DNA of 64,000 bases, from assembly GCA_963771085.1 (NCBI GenBank), contig CAVYSB010000002.1:448917-512916 (forward strand). Reading direction: 5' to 3'. Below, in pieces: positions 18,344 to 26,753 of the stretch (the stretch's first letter is position 1; each line of letters opens with the position of its first letter). A program made the position numbers and the translations under genes. This stretch comes from an uncultured Solirubrobacteraceae bacterium (GTDB lineage: Bacteria; Actinomycetota; Thermoleophilia; Solirubrobacterales; Solirubrobacteraceae). A model generated the notes under the pieces. The model was not told the origin of the DNA. It saw only the letters and a list, made by a program, of their open reading frames with translations, and searched no databases.

Positions 18344-20256
18344 GCCCCCCCGGCGGATTCGGCGGCGGCGGCGGCGCGGGACGCAGCGCCGGGCGCGGCG
18401 CCGGTGTGGGCCTCGGAGCGGGCGGGCGCGCCGGCGCGCAATGGACCGGCGAGCGCGCCAGCAGGGGCAGCCGCGGGCGCAACCTGCGCGGTCTGCTGGA
18501 GCTGCTGCGCCCCTACCGCCTGCGCGTGGCGGGCATGCTGAGCGCGCTCGTGCTCGGCACCGCCGCCTCGCTCGCGCCGCCGCTGCTGGCCAAAGTGGCG
18601 ATCGATCAGGGCATCGAAAAGCACGACACGCACGCGCTCGTGCTCGTCGTGGGCGCCTTCCTGGCGGCCGCGCTGCTGGTGTGGCTGATGACCTCTGCGC
18701 AGACCTACCTCGTCGGCTGGGTGGGCCAGCGCGCACTCGCCGACCTGCGTCTGCGCATCTTCACCCACCTGCAGCGCCAGCCCATCGGCTTCTACGAGAG
18801 CCGCCCCGCAGGGGTGCTCATATCGCGCATGACCAACGACGTGGAGGCACTCGAAAGCCTCGTCACGGACTCCGTCGTAACGCTCTTCCAGTCGGGGCTC
18901 ACGCTGATCGGGGCGATCGCCGTGCTGCTCTACCTGGACACCAAGCTCGCGCTGCTCACGTTCTGCATCGTCCCGTTCGTGGCCGCCGGGAGCATCTGGT
19001 TCCGCCTGACCTCCGCCACCGCCTTCAGGCGCACGCGCGAGACGATCGGCGCGATCACCGGCTACCTGCAGGAGACGCTGTCGGGCATCCGCGTGGTGCG
19101 CAGCTTCGGCGCCGAGCCGATCCATGAAGCCCGCTTCGCCGAGCTCAACGAGGACAACCGCGAGGCCAACATGGTCACCGTGCGCCTCAACGCCGCCTAC
19201 TTCCCCGCCGTGGAAATGCTCTCCGGCGTGGCGCTCGCGCTGATCATCCTCTACGGCGGCCTGCAGGCGATCGAAGGACACGTCACGACCGGGACGGTCG
19301 TCGCGTTCGTGGCCACGCTGTCCTACCTCTTCGAACCGATCCAGCAGCTCTCGCAGCTCTACACCACCTACCAGTCCGGGATGGCCGCGCTCGAGAAGAT
19401 CTTCCAGCTGCTCGACGTCCAGCCCGAGCTCGAGGACCGCTCCGGCGCGCTCGACATCCCGCGTATCGAGGGCGACATCAACTTCGAGGACATCTCCTTC
19501 GCCTACGGCGCGCGCGGGCGCCACGCCGAGGGTGCGGACGATCCGGGTGCCTCCGCGCCGCCCGGCTCGCTCGCGCTGGAGCACGTCAACCTGCACGTGC
19601 CGGCCGGGCAGACCGTTGCGCTCGTCGGCGCAACCGGCGCGGGCAAGTCGACGATGGCCAAGCTCGTCGCGCGCTTCTATGACCCGACCTCCGGACGCGT
19701 GCTCGTGGACGGGCACGACCTGCGCGAGATCGCCAGCTCCTCGCTGCGCTCGCAGATGGGAATCGTGCCCCAGGAGGCGTTCCTGTTCTCCGGCACGATC
19801 CGCGACAACATCGCCTTCGGGCGCCCCGGCGCGAGCGACGAGCAGGTCCGCGAAGCGGCCGCCGCGGTGGGGGTCGACGACTTCATCCGCGAGCTGCCCC
19901 ACGGCTACGACACCGAGGTGGGCGAGCGCGGTGCCCAGCTCTCCGCCGGCCAGCGCCAGCTGATCGCCTTCGCCCGCGCGCTCATCGCCGACCCCCGCAT
20001 CCTCGTGCTCGACGAGGCCACATCGAACGTCGACCTGCACACCGAGGGGCGCATCGAGGAGGGCCTGCGCCGGCTGCTCAGCGGGCGCACGTCGATCGTG
20101 ATCGCCCACCGCCTCTCCACGATCCGCCAGGCCGGGCGCATCGTCGTGCTCGAACACGGCCGCATCGCCGAGCAGGGCACCCACGATGAGCTGATCGCCG
20201 CCGAGGGTCGCTATTTCGAGCTCTATCGCGACTGGGCCACCCAGGCCGTTGCGTAA
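18340..20256 (+). CDS. ABC exporter, fused permease/ATPase subunit (heterodimer partner 2)
   Basis: Walker A GATGAGKST, signature LSAGQRQL and Walker B LVLDEATS. The Gly/Arg-rich N-terminal tail makes the start uncertain. Confidence 0.9.
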   Translation: MSPPGGFGGGGGAGRSAGRGAGVGLGAGGRAGAQWTGERASRGSRGRNLRGLLELLRPYRLRVAGMLSALVLGTAASLAPPLLAKVAIDQGIEKHDTHALVLVVGAFLAAALLVWLMTSAQTYLVGWVGQRALADLRLRIFTHLQRQPIGFYESRPAGVLISRMTNDVEALESLVTDSVVTLFQSGLTLIGAIAVLLYLDTKLALLTFCIVPFVAAGSIWFRLTSATAFRRTRETIGAITGYLQETLSGIRVVRSFGAEPIHEARFAELNEDNREANMVTVRLNAAYFPAVEMLSGVALALIILYGGLQAIEGHVTTGTVVAFVATLSYLFEPIQQLSQLYTTYQSGMAALEKIFQLLDVQPELEDRSGALDIPRIEGDINFEDISFAYGARGRHAEGADDPGASAPPGSLALEHVNLHVPAGQTVALVGATGAGKSTMAKLVARFYDPTSGRVLVDGHDLREIASSSLRSQMGIVPQEAFLFSGTIRDNIAFGRPGASDEQVREAAAAVGVDDFIRELPHGYDTEVGERGAQLSAGQRQLIAFARALIADPRILVLDEATSNVDLHTEGRIEEGLRRLLSGRTSIVIAHRLSTIRQAGRIVVLEHGRIAEQGTHDELIAAEGRYFELYRDWATQAVA

Positions 20257-20310
20257 CGGAGCGCTGGGTGTAGGCTCGCCCGGCCCACCTCGATCGAAAG
20301 CGGGAGCCAT

Positions 20311-20490
20311 ATGAAGAAACTGCTCGAGCTGCTCATCTGCATCCTGCACCCGGTCGCGGTGGTGCTGATCTGGATCAGCCTGCTGTTCCGCCACGACATC
20401 GGCTTCATCGCCAAGCTCACCTGGGCGGTCGTCGCCATCGTGCCGTTGATCCCGTTCGTCTACGTGCTCACGGGCAACGACTTCCTCTAG
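20311..20490 (+). CDS. small (59 aa) two-TM membrane protein, PLDc_N-like
   Basis: Hand-translated; it falls below the 60-aa cutoff of the ORF track. Sequence: MKKLLELLICILHPVAVVLIWISLLFRHDIGFIAKLTWAVVAIVPLIPFVYVLTGNDFL. A GGGAG SD lies 5 nt upstream. Third-position GC is near 100%. The W..V.IVP.I....Y.L.G tail resembles the PLD N-terminal small-protein family. Confidence 0.55.
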   Translation: MKKLLELLICILHPVAVVLIWISLLFRHDIGFIAKLTWAVVAIVPLIPFVYVLTGNDFL

Positions 20491-20924
20491 CGCCGAGCTC
20501 GAGCTCCCCGCTCCTCGGCCAGGCGCTCGGCGGCGGCCCGCGCCTCCTGGCTGTCGCGGTAGAGGGTGAGCCGCTCGATCCGGCCCGCCTCCCAGATGAA
20601 CACGGGCGCCGACTGCACCCGCAGCAGGCTGCGGCTGCCGACCGGGCGCGCGATCTGCAGGACGACGAGCCAGATCACGCCCTTGCCGAGCTCGTGCAGC
20701 TCCTCGATGCGCACCTCGTATCCCTCCAGACTGCCGAACCAGTCCTCCAGGAAGTGGCCGATCGGCCCCAGTCCTTCGTGGGAGCCCAGTCCCCAGCAGG
20801 ACACATCCCAGACCGAGTCCGGGCCGAAGCGCTCCAGCACCGCCTCGAAGTCGCGGGCGTTCAGCGCCGCGTACGTTGCGCGTACGAGCTCGACCAGATC
20901 CGTGGTCTGTTGTTCCTCCGTCAT
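20487..20924 (-). CDS. SnoaL/NTF2-like fold protein (paralog 1)
   Basis: Start at MTEEQQT (20924). VRATYAALNARDFEAVLERFGPDSVWD...GKGVIWLVV...IWEAGRIERLTLY is typical of the NTF2-like superfamily. Confidence 0.7.
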   Translation of the reverse strand: MTEEQQTTDLVELVRATYAALNARDFEAVLERFGPDSVWDVSCWGLGSHEGLGPIGHFLEDWFGSLEGYEVRIEELHELGKGVIWLVVLQIARPVGSRSLLRVQSAPVFIWEAGRIERLTLYRDSQEARAAAERLAEERGARARR

Positions 20925-20988
20925 CGCCCGCACAAGTATCCCGCAGGCGGCGCGCCCGGCGGGGCAGAGGCCGCCGGCCTGCGCCCGA

Positions 20989-21909
20989 TCAGCCGGGACA
21001 GGCGAGCTGCTGCAAGCCCTTCGCGGCCTCGGCCGTGAGCTGGCTGGTGAGGTTACGCGTCTCGCCCGGCGGCGGAACCTGGACGGCAGACTGCGGCCCG
21101 TAGCTGAGGATTTCAAAGGCCACGGCCACGTTCATGCGCCCCCCGGGCGAGCACAGCTGCATGTCGGTCTGGTAGCGCCTCAGCCGATCCCCCGAGCCGA
21201 TCCACACGTCGATCGGCAACGAAGCACTGCCCGTGACCTTCTCGAGCAGCGTGGCCGTCTTTGCGGCGCCCGCACGCTGGCTGGCGGCAACCGTGGCGGC
21301 GTAGCGATCGAGATCGACCAGCGCGTGATAGTGCGTGGTGGTTTCGCCGGCGATGCTCTCGTGCCCGAGCACCGTCACCTGCCCGCCCGCTTTCATCAAG
21401 GCGATCAGCGGACTGGGGCCGCCGGCGCTGATGCCCTCGTCCTGGCTGCCGCCGAACTCTTCCGCATAGCGATCGAGGTTGAACTCGAGCCACGGCCTGC
21501 CGGCAAACCTCGCACCGGGCAGGCCAACGACGTTCACGTAGACGAACGGGCTGCTCAGGATCTCCGTGACCGTCTGCCCGGCCACCCGCTCGGTGATCGT
21601 GCCCTGCTTGGTTCTTTCATCGATCGCGCCATCGGCTTCCAGATGCGTGCTTTCTTCGCCGTGGGTCACCGTCTCGGTCATCGCGAAGCGATACCCCGGG
21701 CCGCGCGTGGCCACGTAGGCCGCCTGCAACAGCGGGGTGTCCGAGACCGGCTTTGACCCACCGCCGGAGCCCAGTGCGACAACCACGATGCCCGCCGCGG
21801 CGAGCATCGCGAGCAGCGCCCCGATCACGACCGGCCGCCGCGCACGGGCGTCCGGGCGCGCGCCCCGAACCTCGCCTGGACGCTGGAGGTCCGCGGGCGG
21901 CTCAGTCAT
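20989..21909 (-). CDS. membrane-anchored hypothetical protein (possible LolA/LppX-like fold)
   Basis: Start at MTEPPAD (21909). One TM (PVVIGALLAMLAAAGIVVVAL) is followed by a beta-rich extracytoplasmic domain of about 250 aa. The 150-codon upstream extension of the ORF overlaps the next gene and is rejected. Confidence 0.6.
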   Translation of the reverse strand: MTEPPADLQRPGEVRGARPDARARRPVVIGALLAMLAAAGIVVVALGSGGGSKPVSDTPLLQAAYVATRGPGYRFAMTETVTHGEESTHLEADGAIDERTKQGTITERVAGQTVTEILSSPFVYVNVVGLPGARFAGRPWLEFNLDRYAEEFGGSQDEGISAGGPSPLIALMKAGGQVTVLGHESIAGETTTHYHALVDLDRYAATVAASQRAGAAKTATLLEKVTGSASLPIDVWIGSGDRLRRYQTDMQLCSPGGRMNVAVAFEILSYGPQSAVQVPPPGETRNLTSQLTAEAAKGLQQLACPG

Positions 21910-22012
21910 CCGCCACCTGCACGATTGCGAGCCCGCATCGACCGCACCATACCCCCGGTGTCGGCATCCACCCCCGGCGGCTGGAGGAACCTGGCCGAAT
22001 GTCGAGCCTCGC

Positions 22013-22420
22013 CTACTCCGCCAGCCCCACGGCGTCGAGGGCCAGCTCCTTGGAGCCGAAGTCCTCCCAGCGAGCGATCTTCCCATCGCGGAACTCATAG
22101 ATGCCGGCCGAGGCGATGTCCGTCTCGATGCCGCTGCCTTTCGCCCGAACGTGAACCTCGCCCCAGGCGAGGACCCGCTCGCCGAGATCGAGCAGCTGGT
22201 AGCGCAGCTCGAACTTCTCGAAGATCTCGCGGGTGTCCGCGATGAACTGCTCCATCCCGGCGAGCCCTCGATAGGCCCCCTCGGTGGCCGATCGGCGAGG
22301 CACATGTTCCACGTCGGGATGGCAGTACAGAGCGAGATTCGCCGCCGGCGCGTCGCCACTCCACGCCCGATTCCACTCCTCGATGCTGCGGCGCACCAGC
22401 TCGAGGTTCTCCCGCGACAT
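22013..22420 (-). CDS. SnoaL/NTF2-like fold protein (paralog 2)
   Basis: NLELVRRSIEEWNR...YCHPDVEH...GERVLAWGEVHVRAKGSGIE...YEFRDGKIARWEDF fits a ketosteroid-isomerase-like pattern. Confidence 0.7.
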   Translation of the reverse strand: MSRENLELVRRSIEEWNRAWSGDAPAANLALYCHPDVEHVPRRSATEGAYRGLAGMEQFIADTREIFEKFELRYQLLDLGERVLAWGEVHVRAKGSGIETDIASAGIYEFRDGKIARWEDFGSKELALDAVGLAE

Positions 22421-22458
22421 TGTCTACTCGGCCAGGCGTCGGGGCGGGCCGATCACGT

Positions 22459-22878
22459 CTACGCAAGCCCCGCGGCGAGGCGCTCGGCGGTAGCACGGGC
22501 CTTGTCGAGATCTTCATCGCCCGTGGCGTTTCTAATCAGCCCTCCAGCCCATACGAGCACCAGCCCAAAGCGCAGGCCTGGTTCGCTGACGCCGTCAACC
22601 GGAGGTCTCGTGTTCGCGAGCACGCACAGGACAACGCCGTTGCCGACGTCGGTGATGCTCTCCGCCTGCACATCGAACCCCTCGTAGGCGGAGGCCCATC
22701 GTTCGAGGAACACCCTGATCTCCGCAGCCCCCTCGAAGTTCGTCTCCAGCACCTCCGAGATCCACACCGCGTCGGCGGCGAACAGCGAGAGCACGCCATC
22801 GAAGTCGCGGCGCACCACCGCGTCAACGGCACGCCGTGTGAGCTCGGCCGGGTCGGGCGTCGTGGGCTCCTCAGACAT
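22459..22878 (-). CDS. SnoaL/NTF2-like fold protein (paralog 3)
   Basis: LTRRAVDAVVRRDFDGVLSLFAADAVW...NGVVLCVL...VLVWAGGLI has the same architecture as 20487..20924. Confidence 0.7.
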   Translation of the reverse strand: MSEEPTTPDPAELTRRAVDAVVRRDFDGVLSLFAADAVWISEVLETNFEGAAEIRVFLERWASAYEGFDVQAESITDVGNGVVLCVLANTRPPVDGVSEPGLRFGLVLVWAGGLIRNATGDEDLDKARATAERLAAGLA

Positions 22879-23290
22879 GACACGCAGTATCTCGCACAGA
22901 TCCCACCGGGGGCTTGATCGGGGCGAGGGCCGAGGCGCACCCTCAGCCGCGAGTTCACGGCTGCGAGCGGCGGCATCGTCGCTTCGAGCTTAGTCCGCGT
23001 CTCGTTGGCTAGCTCGCTGCGGGGCTCCTGAGATGTGGACGGCCTAGGCATCGAGACGTTGCCCTCTGCCTTGTTGCCGGCGACTTGGGCGTGGTCGATG
23101 GCGATGGCAGCTTGCCGAGAAGCTCACGGAGGTCGACGACTTCGCGGGGGTGGTCGAGTTGCCACCGCTGTCACTCCGTTTGGGCATCACCGGCAACGGC
23201 TTCATCTAGGCCTTCGACTCGGTCGGGGCTCATCGGAGTTCGGCCGCTGCGGACCGCACGCCGAGGCGTGCGTAGTCCCCCCACGCGCGC

Positions 23291-24322
23291 GTGCGGCCTT
23301 CTGCGGTTGGCGGAGCGCGCCGAAGACCGTATGGTCGTCACGTTCCCGTCGAGAAGGAGGCGAAGACGTCGCGGGCCGCCTCACCGCTGGCCGCCGCCGC
23401 AGACGCCACTCGTGCGCTGAGGGGAGCCGCCCTGCTCGCCCCGGCCCTCGCGGCGGTGCTCCTCCCGGGCTCGGCCGGCGCGAGCCGTCTGACTATGGGC
23501 AGCGCCACTCGCTCGCCGCTGCCCATAGTCAGGCGGGTATCGCCCCGCTACGGCCTCCCCGGCGCCACGGTGAGCATCAGCGGGGTGAACTTCGCTGAAG
23601 CCACTGCCGTCAGCTTCGGCTTCGCCAGTGCCAGCTTCACGCTCGAATCGCCGACCTCGATCGCCGCGATCGCCCCTCCAGGCACAGGTAAGGTGCGCGT
23701 GACGGTGGCTACTCCGGCCGGCAGCAGTCCGCCGAACGGGCGCGCCGTGTTCATCTACCAGCCACCGCCGATAGTGAAGAGGCTGTTTCCGCGCAGGGGA
23801 GGCGACACCGCCGGCGGAACTAGCGTCCTCATCCACGGGAAGAACTTCACCGGGGCCACCGCCGTGCACTTCGGCCCTGCCGAGGCCACGAGTTTCACGG
23901 TGGGCGGCTCGGAGATCGACGCCATCGCCCCTCCTGGAACAGGTGTGGTGTTCGTCACCGTGACCACGCCGACGGGCACCAGCGCGGCGGGCCCGGGCGA
24001 CGCCTTCCGCTACAAGCCGCTGCCCATACTCAAGCGGCTGTTCCCGTCGCAGGGGCCCGCCACCGGCGGGACGACCGTGACCATCAAGGGCAAGTCCATC
24101 GTGGGAGCCACAGCTGTCGATTTCGGGGTGATCGGCGCGGCAAGCTTCGTGGTCAAGTCCAAGACCACGATCATCGCGGTCAGCCCTCCGGGCTCGGGCA
24201 CCGTGGACGTGACCGTGGTGACTCCCCTGGGCACGACCGCCGTGGTCCCCGGAGATCGCTTCAGCTATGAACCGATCCTCGCCGACCTGAGCCTCGGCGG
24301 CAACCGCGATCGTCTCGAATGA
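23291..24322 (+). CDS. secreted protein with three tandem IPT/TIG domains
   Basis: Signal peptide (ALLAPALAAVLLPGSAGA) followed by three repeats of about 84 aa, P(I/L)(V/L)KRLFP..G...GGT.V.I.G.NF.GATAV.FG......F.V.S...I.A..PPG.G.V.VTV.TP.G. The start codon is uncertain. Confidence 0.8.
   Translation: MRPSAVGGARRRPYGRHVPVEKEAKTSRAASPLAAAADATRALRGAALLAPALAAVLLPGSAGASRLTMGSATRSPLPIVRRVSPRYGLPGATVSISGVNFAEATAVSFGFASASFTLESPTSIAAIAPPGTGKVRVTVATPAGSSPPNGRAVFIYQPPPIVKRLFPRRGGDTAGGTSVLIHGKNFTGATAVHFGPAEATSFTVGGSEIDAIAPPGTGVVFVTVTTPTGTSAAGPGDAFRYKPLPILKRLFPSQGPATGGTTVTIKGKSIVGATAVDFGVIGAASFVVKSKTTIIAVSPPGSGTVDVTVVTPLGTTAVVPGDRFSYEPILADLSLGGNRDRLE
23516..24274 (+). repeat. three in-frame tandem coding repeats of about 250 bp (IPT/TIG domains)
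   Basis: Repeat boundaries at about 23516, 23765, 24020 and 24274, taken from the protein periodicity. Confidence 0.75.
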
Positions 24323-24426
24323 CTTGTTGAGGTTACTTCGCCTATCGGCAGCATCCCGTTGGCCCCGGCCGCGTCCTGGTCGGCGCGGCGTAGAAGTTGC
24401 TCTGCGAGATCCTGCTCGCTCGCCAT
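24265..24426 (-). pseudogene. HEPN-domain toxin remnant (N-terminal ~50 aa only)
   Basis: MASEQDLAEQLLRRADQDAAGANGML resembles the first helix pair of HEPN toxins from HEPN/MNT modules. The frame then degenerates and overlaps the IPT/TIG gene end. Confidence 0.35.
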
Positions 24427-24451
24427 CAGGCGACTAGCTCCCGGCCGCCCG

Positions 24452-24667
24452 TCAGTGCCCGTGAATGAGGCTGCCGCGCACGTCGCGCCACTCTTGCACC
24501 CTGTGCTCGCTCGCAACGATGATGTCCATCGGGACCAGCACGTCCGCCAGTACTCTCCGCAGCTGCACCGACTCCAAAGCCGGATTCTCGACCTCCGGCT
24601 CGATCACCAAGCATTCCACATCGCCGTCCCGCGTCAGCTCCCCACGCGCAGCCGAGCGCAGGCTCAC
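24452..24667 (-). pseudogene. MNT-type nucleotidyltransferase (antitoxin) remnant, N-terminally truncated
   Basis: SAARGELTRDGDVECLVI...VPMDIIVASEHRVQEWRDVRGSLIHG matches the GS.aRGe...SD(I/V)DLLV ... vP(V/I)D(I/L)IV...e......gSL pattern. About 25-30 N-terminal residues are missing, exactly at the att repeat. Confidence 0.45.
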
Positions 24668-24687
24668 TCCGGGACAGGGACTCGAAC
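24666..24687. repeat. distal att copy: 22-bp direct repeat ACTCCGGGACAGGGACTCGAAC (displaced tRNA-Gln 3' end)
   Basis: Perfect identity with 34865-34886. The flanking bases differ on both sides. Confidence 0.9.
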
Positions 24688-24828
24688 TGTGGGCAGCGGA
24701 TCGCGCAATCCCTGTGTCAGAGCCAAATATGGCTCCAGTGCAGGCGAAACGCCCGATCGCTCATCCGGCCGAGTCCGGCTGAATCCGCCCGAATCAGTAC
24801 ACGACTGGCCCAAGATTGGCCCGAGCTT

Positions 24829-26046
24829 TCACCCCACGAGCCTGAGCGCCGGACGCTTCCCGTCGCCTGCCAGATAGGCGTTCGCGGCAGCCGCCGCCTC
24901 GTCCAGGCCGCCGGGCATCAGGTGGCCGTAGGTGTCGAACGTCATGGCAATCGTCGCGTGGCCCATGATGACGCTCAGCGCCTTCGCGTTCACGCCCGCG
25001 GCGATCAACAGCGACGCGCAGGTGTGCCGCGCCTCATGCAGCGTGATCGGCTGCTGTGCGTCGTCTCGCACCTTGGCGAGGATCGTCCTTGGACCATCCG
25101 CTTCCTCGTTCGGGACTTCCTGCCAGCCCCACGCCACGAGCGCGTTCCGCCGGATGGTTTCCGGGTTGAAGGGCTCGGCGGCGGTCCTGCCGAACACCAG
25201 CGCGTCGCTAGAGCCTTCGGTGCGGAGCTTGTGCGCGGCCAGCTCCCCCGCGAGCGGCTCGAGGATCGGCACCCGCCGGTTGCCCGCAGCACTCTTCACC
25301 GGCTGCTCGCGCTCGATCGCATCCCAGCCCCGCGAGACGTGGATCACGCGGGCCGCCAGGTCGACGTCGCCCCAGCGCAGCGCACGCAGCTCCCCGCGCC
25401 GCAAGCCGGCGTAGAACGCGCACGCCCACAGCGCCCGCTCGCCCTCGGCGATAGCAGCGATGAGCGCCGCCGCCTCGGTAGGGTCGGCGATCCGCTCCCG
25501 CCGACCGTCGGGCCGGCGTAGCTCAAGCCGCTCGGTCGGGTCGGCCGTGACCTCTTCGTCGCGGATCGCACGCCGGTAGATGACGCGCAGCGGGTCAAGC
25601 GTGTTCTGCACGGTGCTCGCGCTCAGCCCTTCGCTCGTCAGCCGGTTGGCGAGCTTCTGCACGTCGCGGCGCTCGACATCCGACAGGCGCATGCCGCCCA
25701 GCGTCGGCAGTAGACGTTTGTTGAGCCCGACGCTGTAGCCCCGGAGCGTCGCGGGCTTGTAGCGGGTGCCCGATGCCGTCGGGATAGAGCCGTCGCGGGC
25801 GCCGGCCATGAACGCCTCGGCGGCCTGCCGGACGGTCATGGACGTGGGCGCACGGAGCTTGCCCTTGTTCGCCGCGGCGAGCTTATCCGCCCGCCAGACC
25901 TTCGCCGCCGCCTGCGTCGGGAACGTCTTGCGCAGCTTGCAGTCGTCGCGCTTCGAGTAGACCTCGGCACGCCACGGACAGTCGCAGCGACCCTTGCCGT
26001 TGCATCCGTTGCCGTGACGTTGACGCACTCCGGTGGCCATCAGCAA
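24829..26046 (-). CDS. int: tyrosine-type site-specific integrase
   Basis: Catalytic signature recognisable: AGLRRGELRAL (Arg I), HEARHTCAS (H-x-x-R) and GHATIAMTFDTYGHL (His..Tyr). An N-terminal SAM-like domain is present. Confidence 0.92.
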   Translation of the reverse strand: MLMATGVRQRHGNGCNGKGRCDCPWRAEVYSKRDDCKLRKTFPTQAAAKVWRADKLAAANKGKLRAPTSMTVRQAAEAFMAGARDGSIPTASGTRYKPATLRGYSVGLNKRLLPTLGGMRLSDVERRDVQKLANRLTSEGLSASTVQNTLDPLRVIYRRAIRDEEVTADPTERLELRRPDGRRERIADPTEAAALIAAIAEGERALWACAFYAGLRRGELRALRWGDVDLAARVIHVSRGWDAIEREQPVKSAAGNRRVPILEPLAGELAAHKLRTEGSSDALVFGRTAAEPFNPETIRRNALVAWGWQEVPNEEADGPRTILAKVRDDAQQPITLHEARHTCASLLIAAGVNAKALSVIMGHATIAMTFDTYGHLMPGGLDEAAAAANAYLAGDGKRPALRLVG

Positions 26047-26161
26047 TCACCTCCAGACGATGCCGCGGTGTACGGTGCCGATTGCATGGGAGCTGAACCT
26101 CCTGTGTCATGCCCCCGGCCGCGACCACGGTGCGGGGGCGCTTTGCAGATAGCTCGACACG

Positions 26162-26401
26162 CTACTCCCCCACACCGACGCTTTCGGCGTGCCGGTCAAG
26201 CCAAGCCTGCAGCTCGCTGACCGGGATCAGCTTGCGGCGCCCAACACGCACGAGGCGCACGTCGGGCTCGATATGCGCGCGCCAAGTGTCCCACGACACG
26301 CCCAGCGCTTCGCATGCCTGCTCGACGCTGAGGGCGAGGGCGGCCGCGCTCTGCTTCCGGTCCGCAAGGGTGACTGCCGTACGTGGGGATATTGGGGCCA
26401 T
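26162..26401 (-). CDS. xis: excisionase-like helix-turn-helix DNA-binding protein
   Basis: LSVEQACEALGVSWDTWRAHI...VRVGRRKLIPVSELQAWLD fits the HTH_17/Xis family pattern. It sits immediately upstream of int. Start set at MAPISP. Confidence 0.75.
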   Translation of the reverse strand: MAPISPRTAVTLADRKQSAAALALSVEQACEALGVSWDTWRAHIEPDVRLVRVGRRKLIPVSELQAWLDRHAESVGVGE

Positions 26402-26675
26402 CGCGGTTACAGACCCCAACCTGCACGGACCGGCCAAGAGATTGCGTGAAGAACCGGGCGGGCGCGAATTGGCGCGCACATCTCAAACGCCCTCGAAGGG
26501 CAAAGCCGCGCGGCAGGCCACAAGCCCCTGACACCTGCGCTTCGCTCGGTCAGTCGCCCGCGCCACCAACGAGTCATCCCACCACGAAGCGCTCGACGCG
26601 ACCCCGACGGTCGACGCGTCTGGCTGCGCCACCACGCGCGCCTCGGCACGACAAAAAGCCCGTACAGACAACATG

Positions 26676-26708
26676 CACGGCTGTGCCGTGGCACAGCGAG
26701 CGCTGTGC
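26676..26708 (+). promoter_or_regulatory. candidate oriT-type paired hairpins upstream of the relaxase
   Basis: CACGGC-tgt-GCCGTG at 26676-26690 is directly followed by GCACAGCG-ag-CGCTGTGC at 26691-26708, about 45 nt before the relaxase start. Confidence 0.3.
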
Positions 26709-26753
26709 GAATTGCTTGGCCGGTTCGGCGCGTTGAGGGTCATCACCCATGTG

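Noticed and set aside
16445-20394. 763-aa and 843-aa minus-strand ORFs (16445..18736 and 17863..20394) covering the ABC exporter pair
   Set aside because: They are antisense to two CDS with complete Walker A, signature and Walker B motifs. Their composition is low-complexity Arg/Ala/Gly/Asp, typical of a high-GC artefact.
21910-22359. 150-codon upstream extension of ORF 20989..22359
   Set aside because: It overlaps the NTF2-like gene 22013..22420 in another frame and is Ser/Arg-rich. The internal ATG at 21909 gives a sensible TM-anchored protein.
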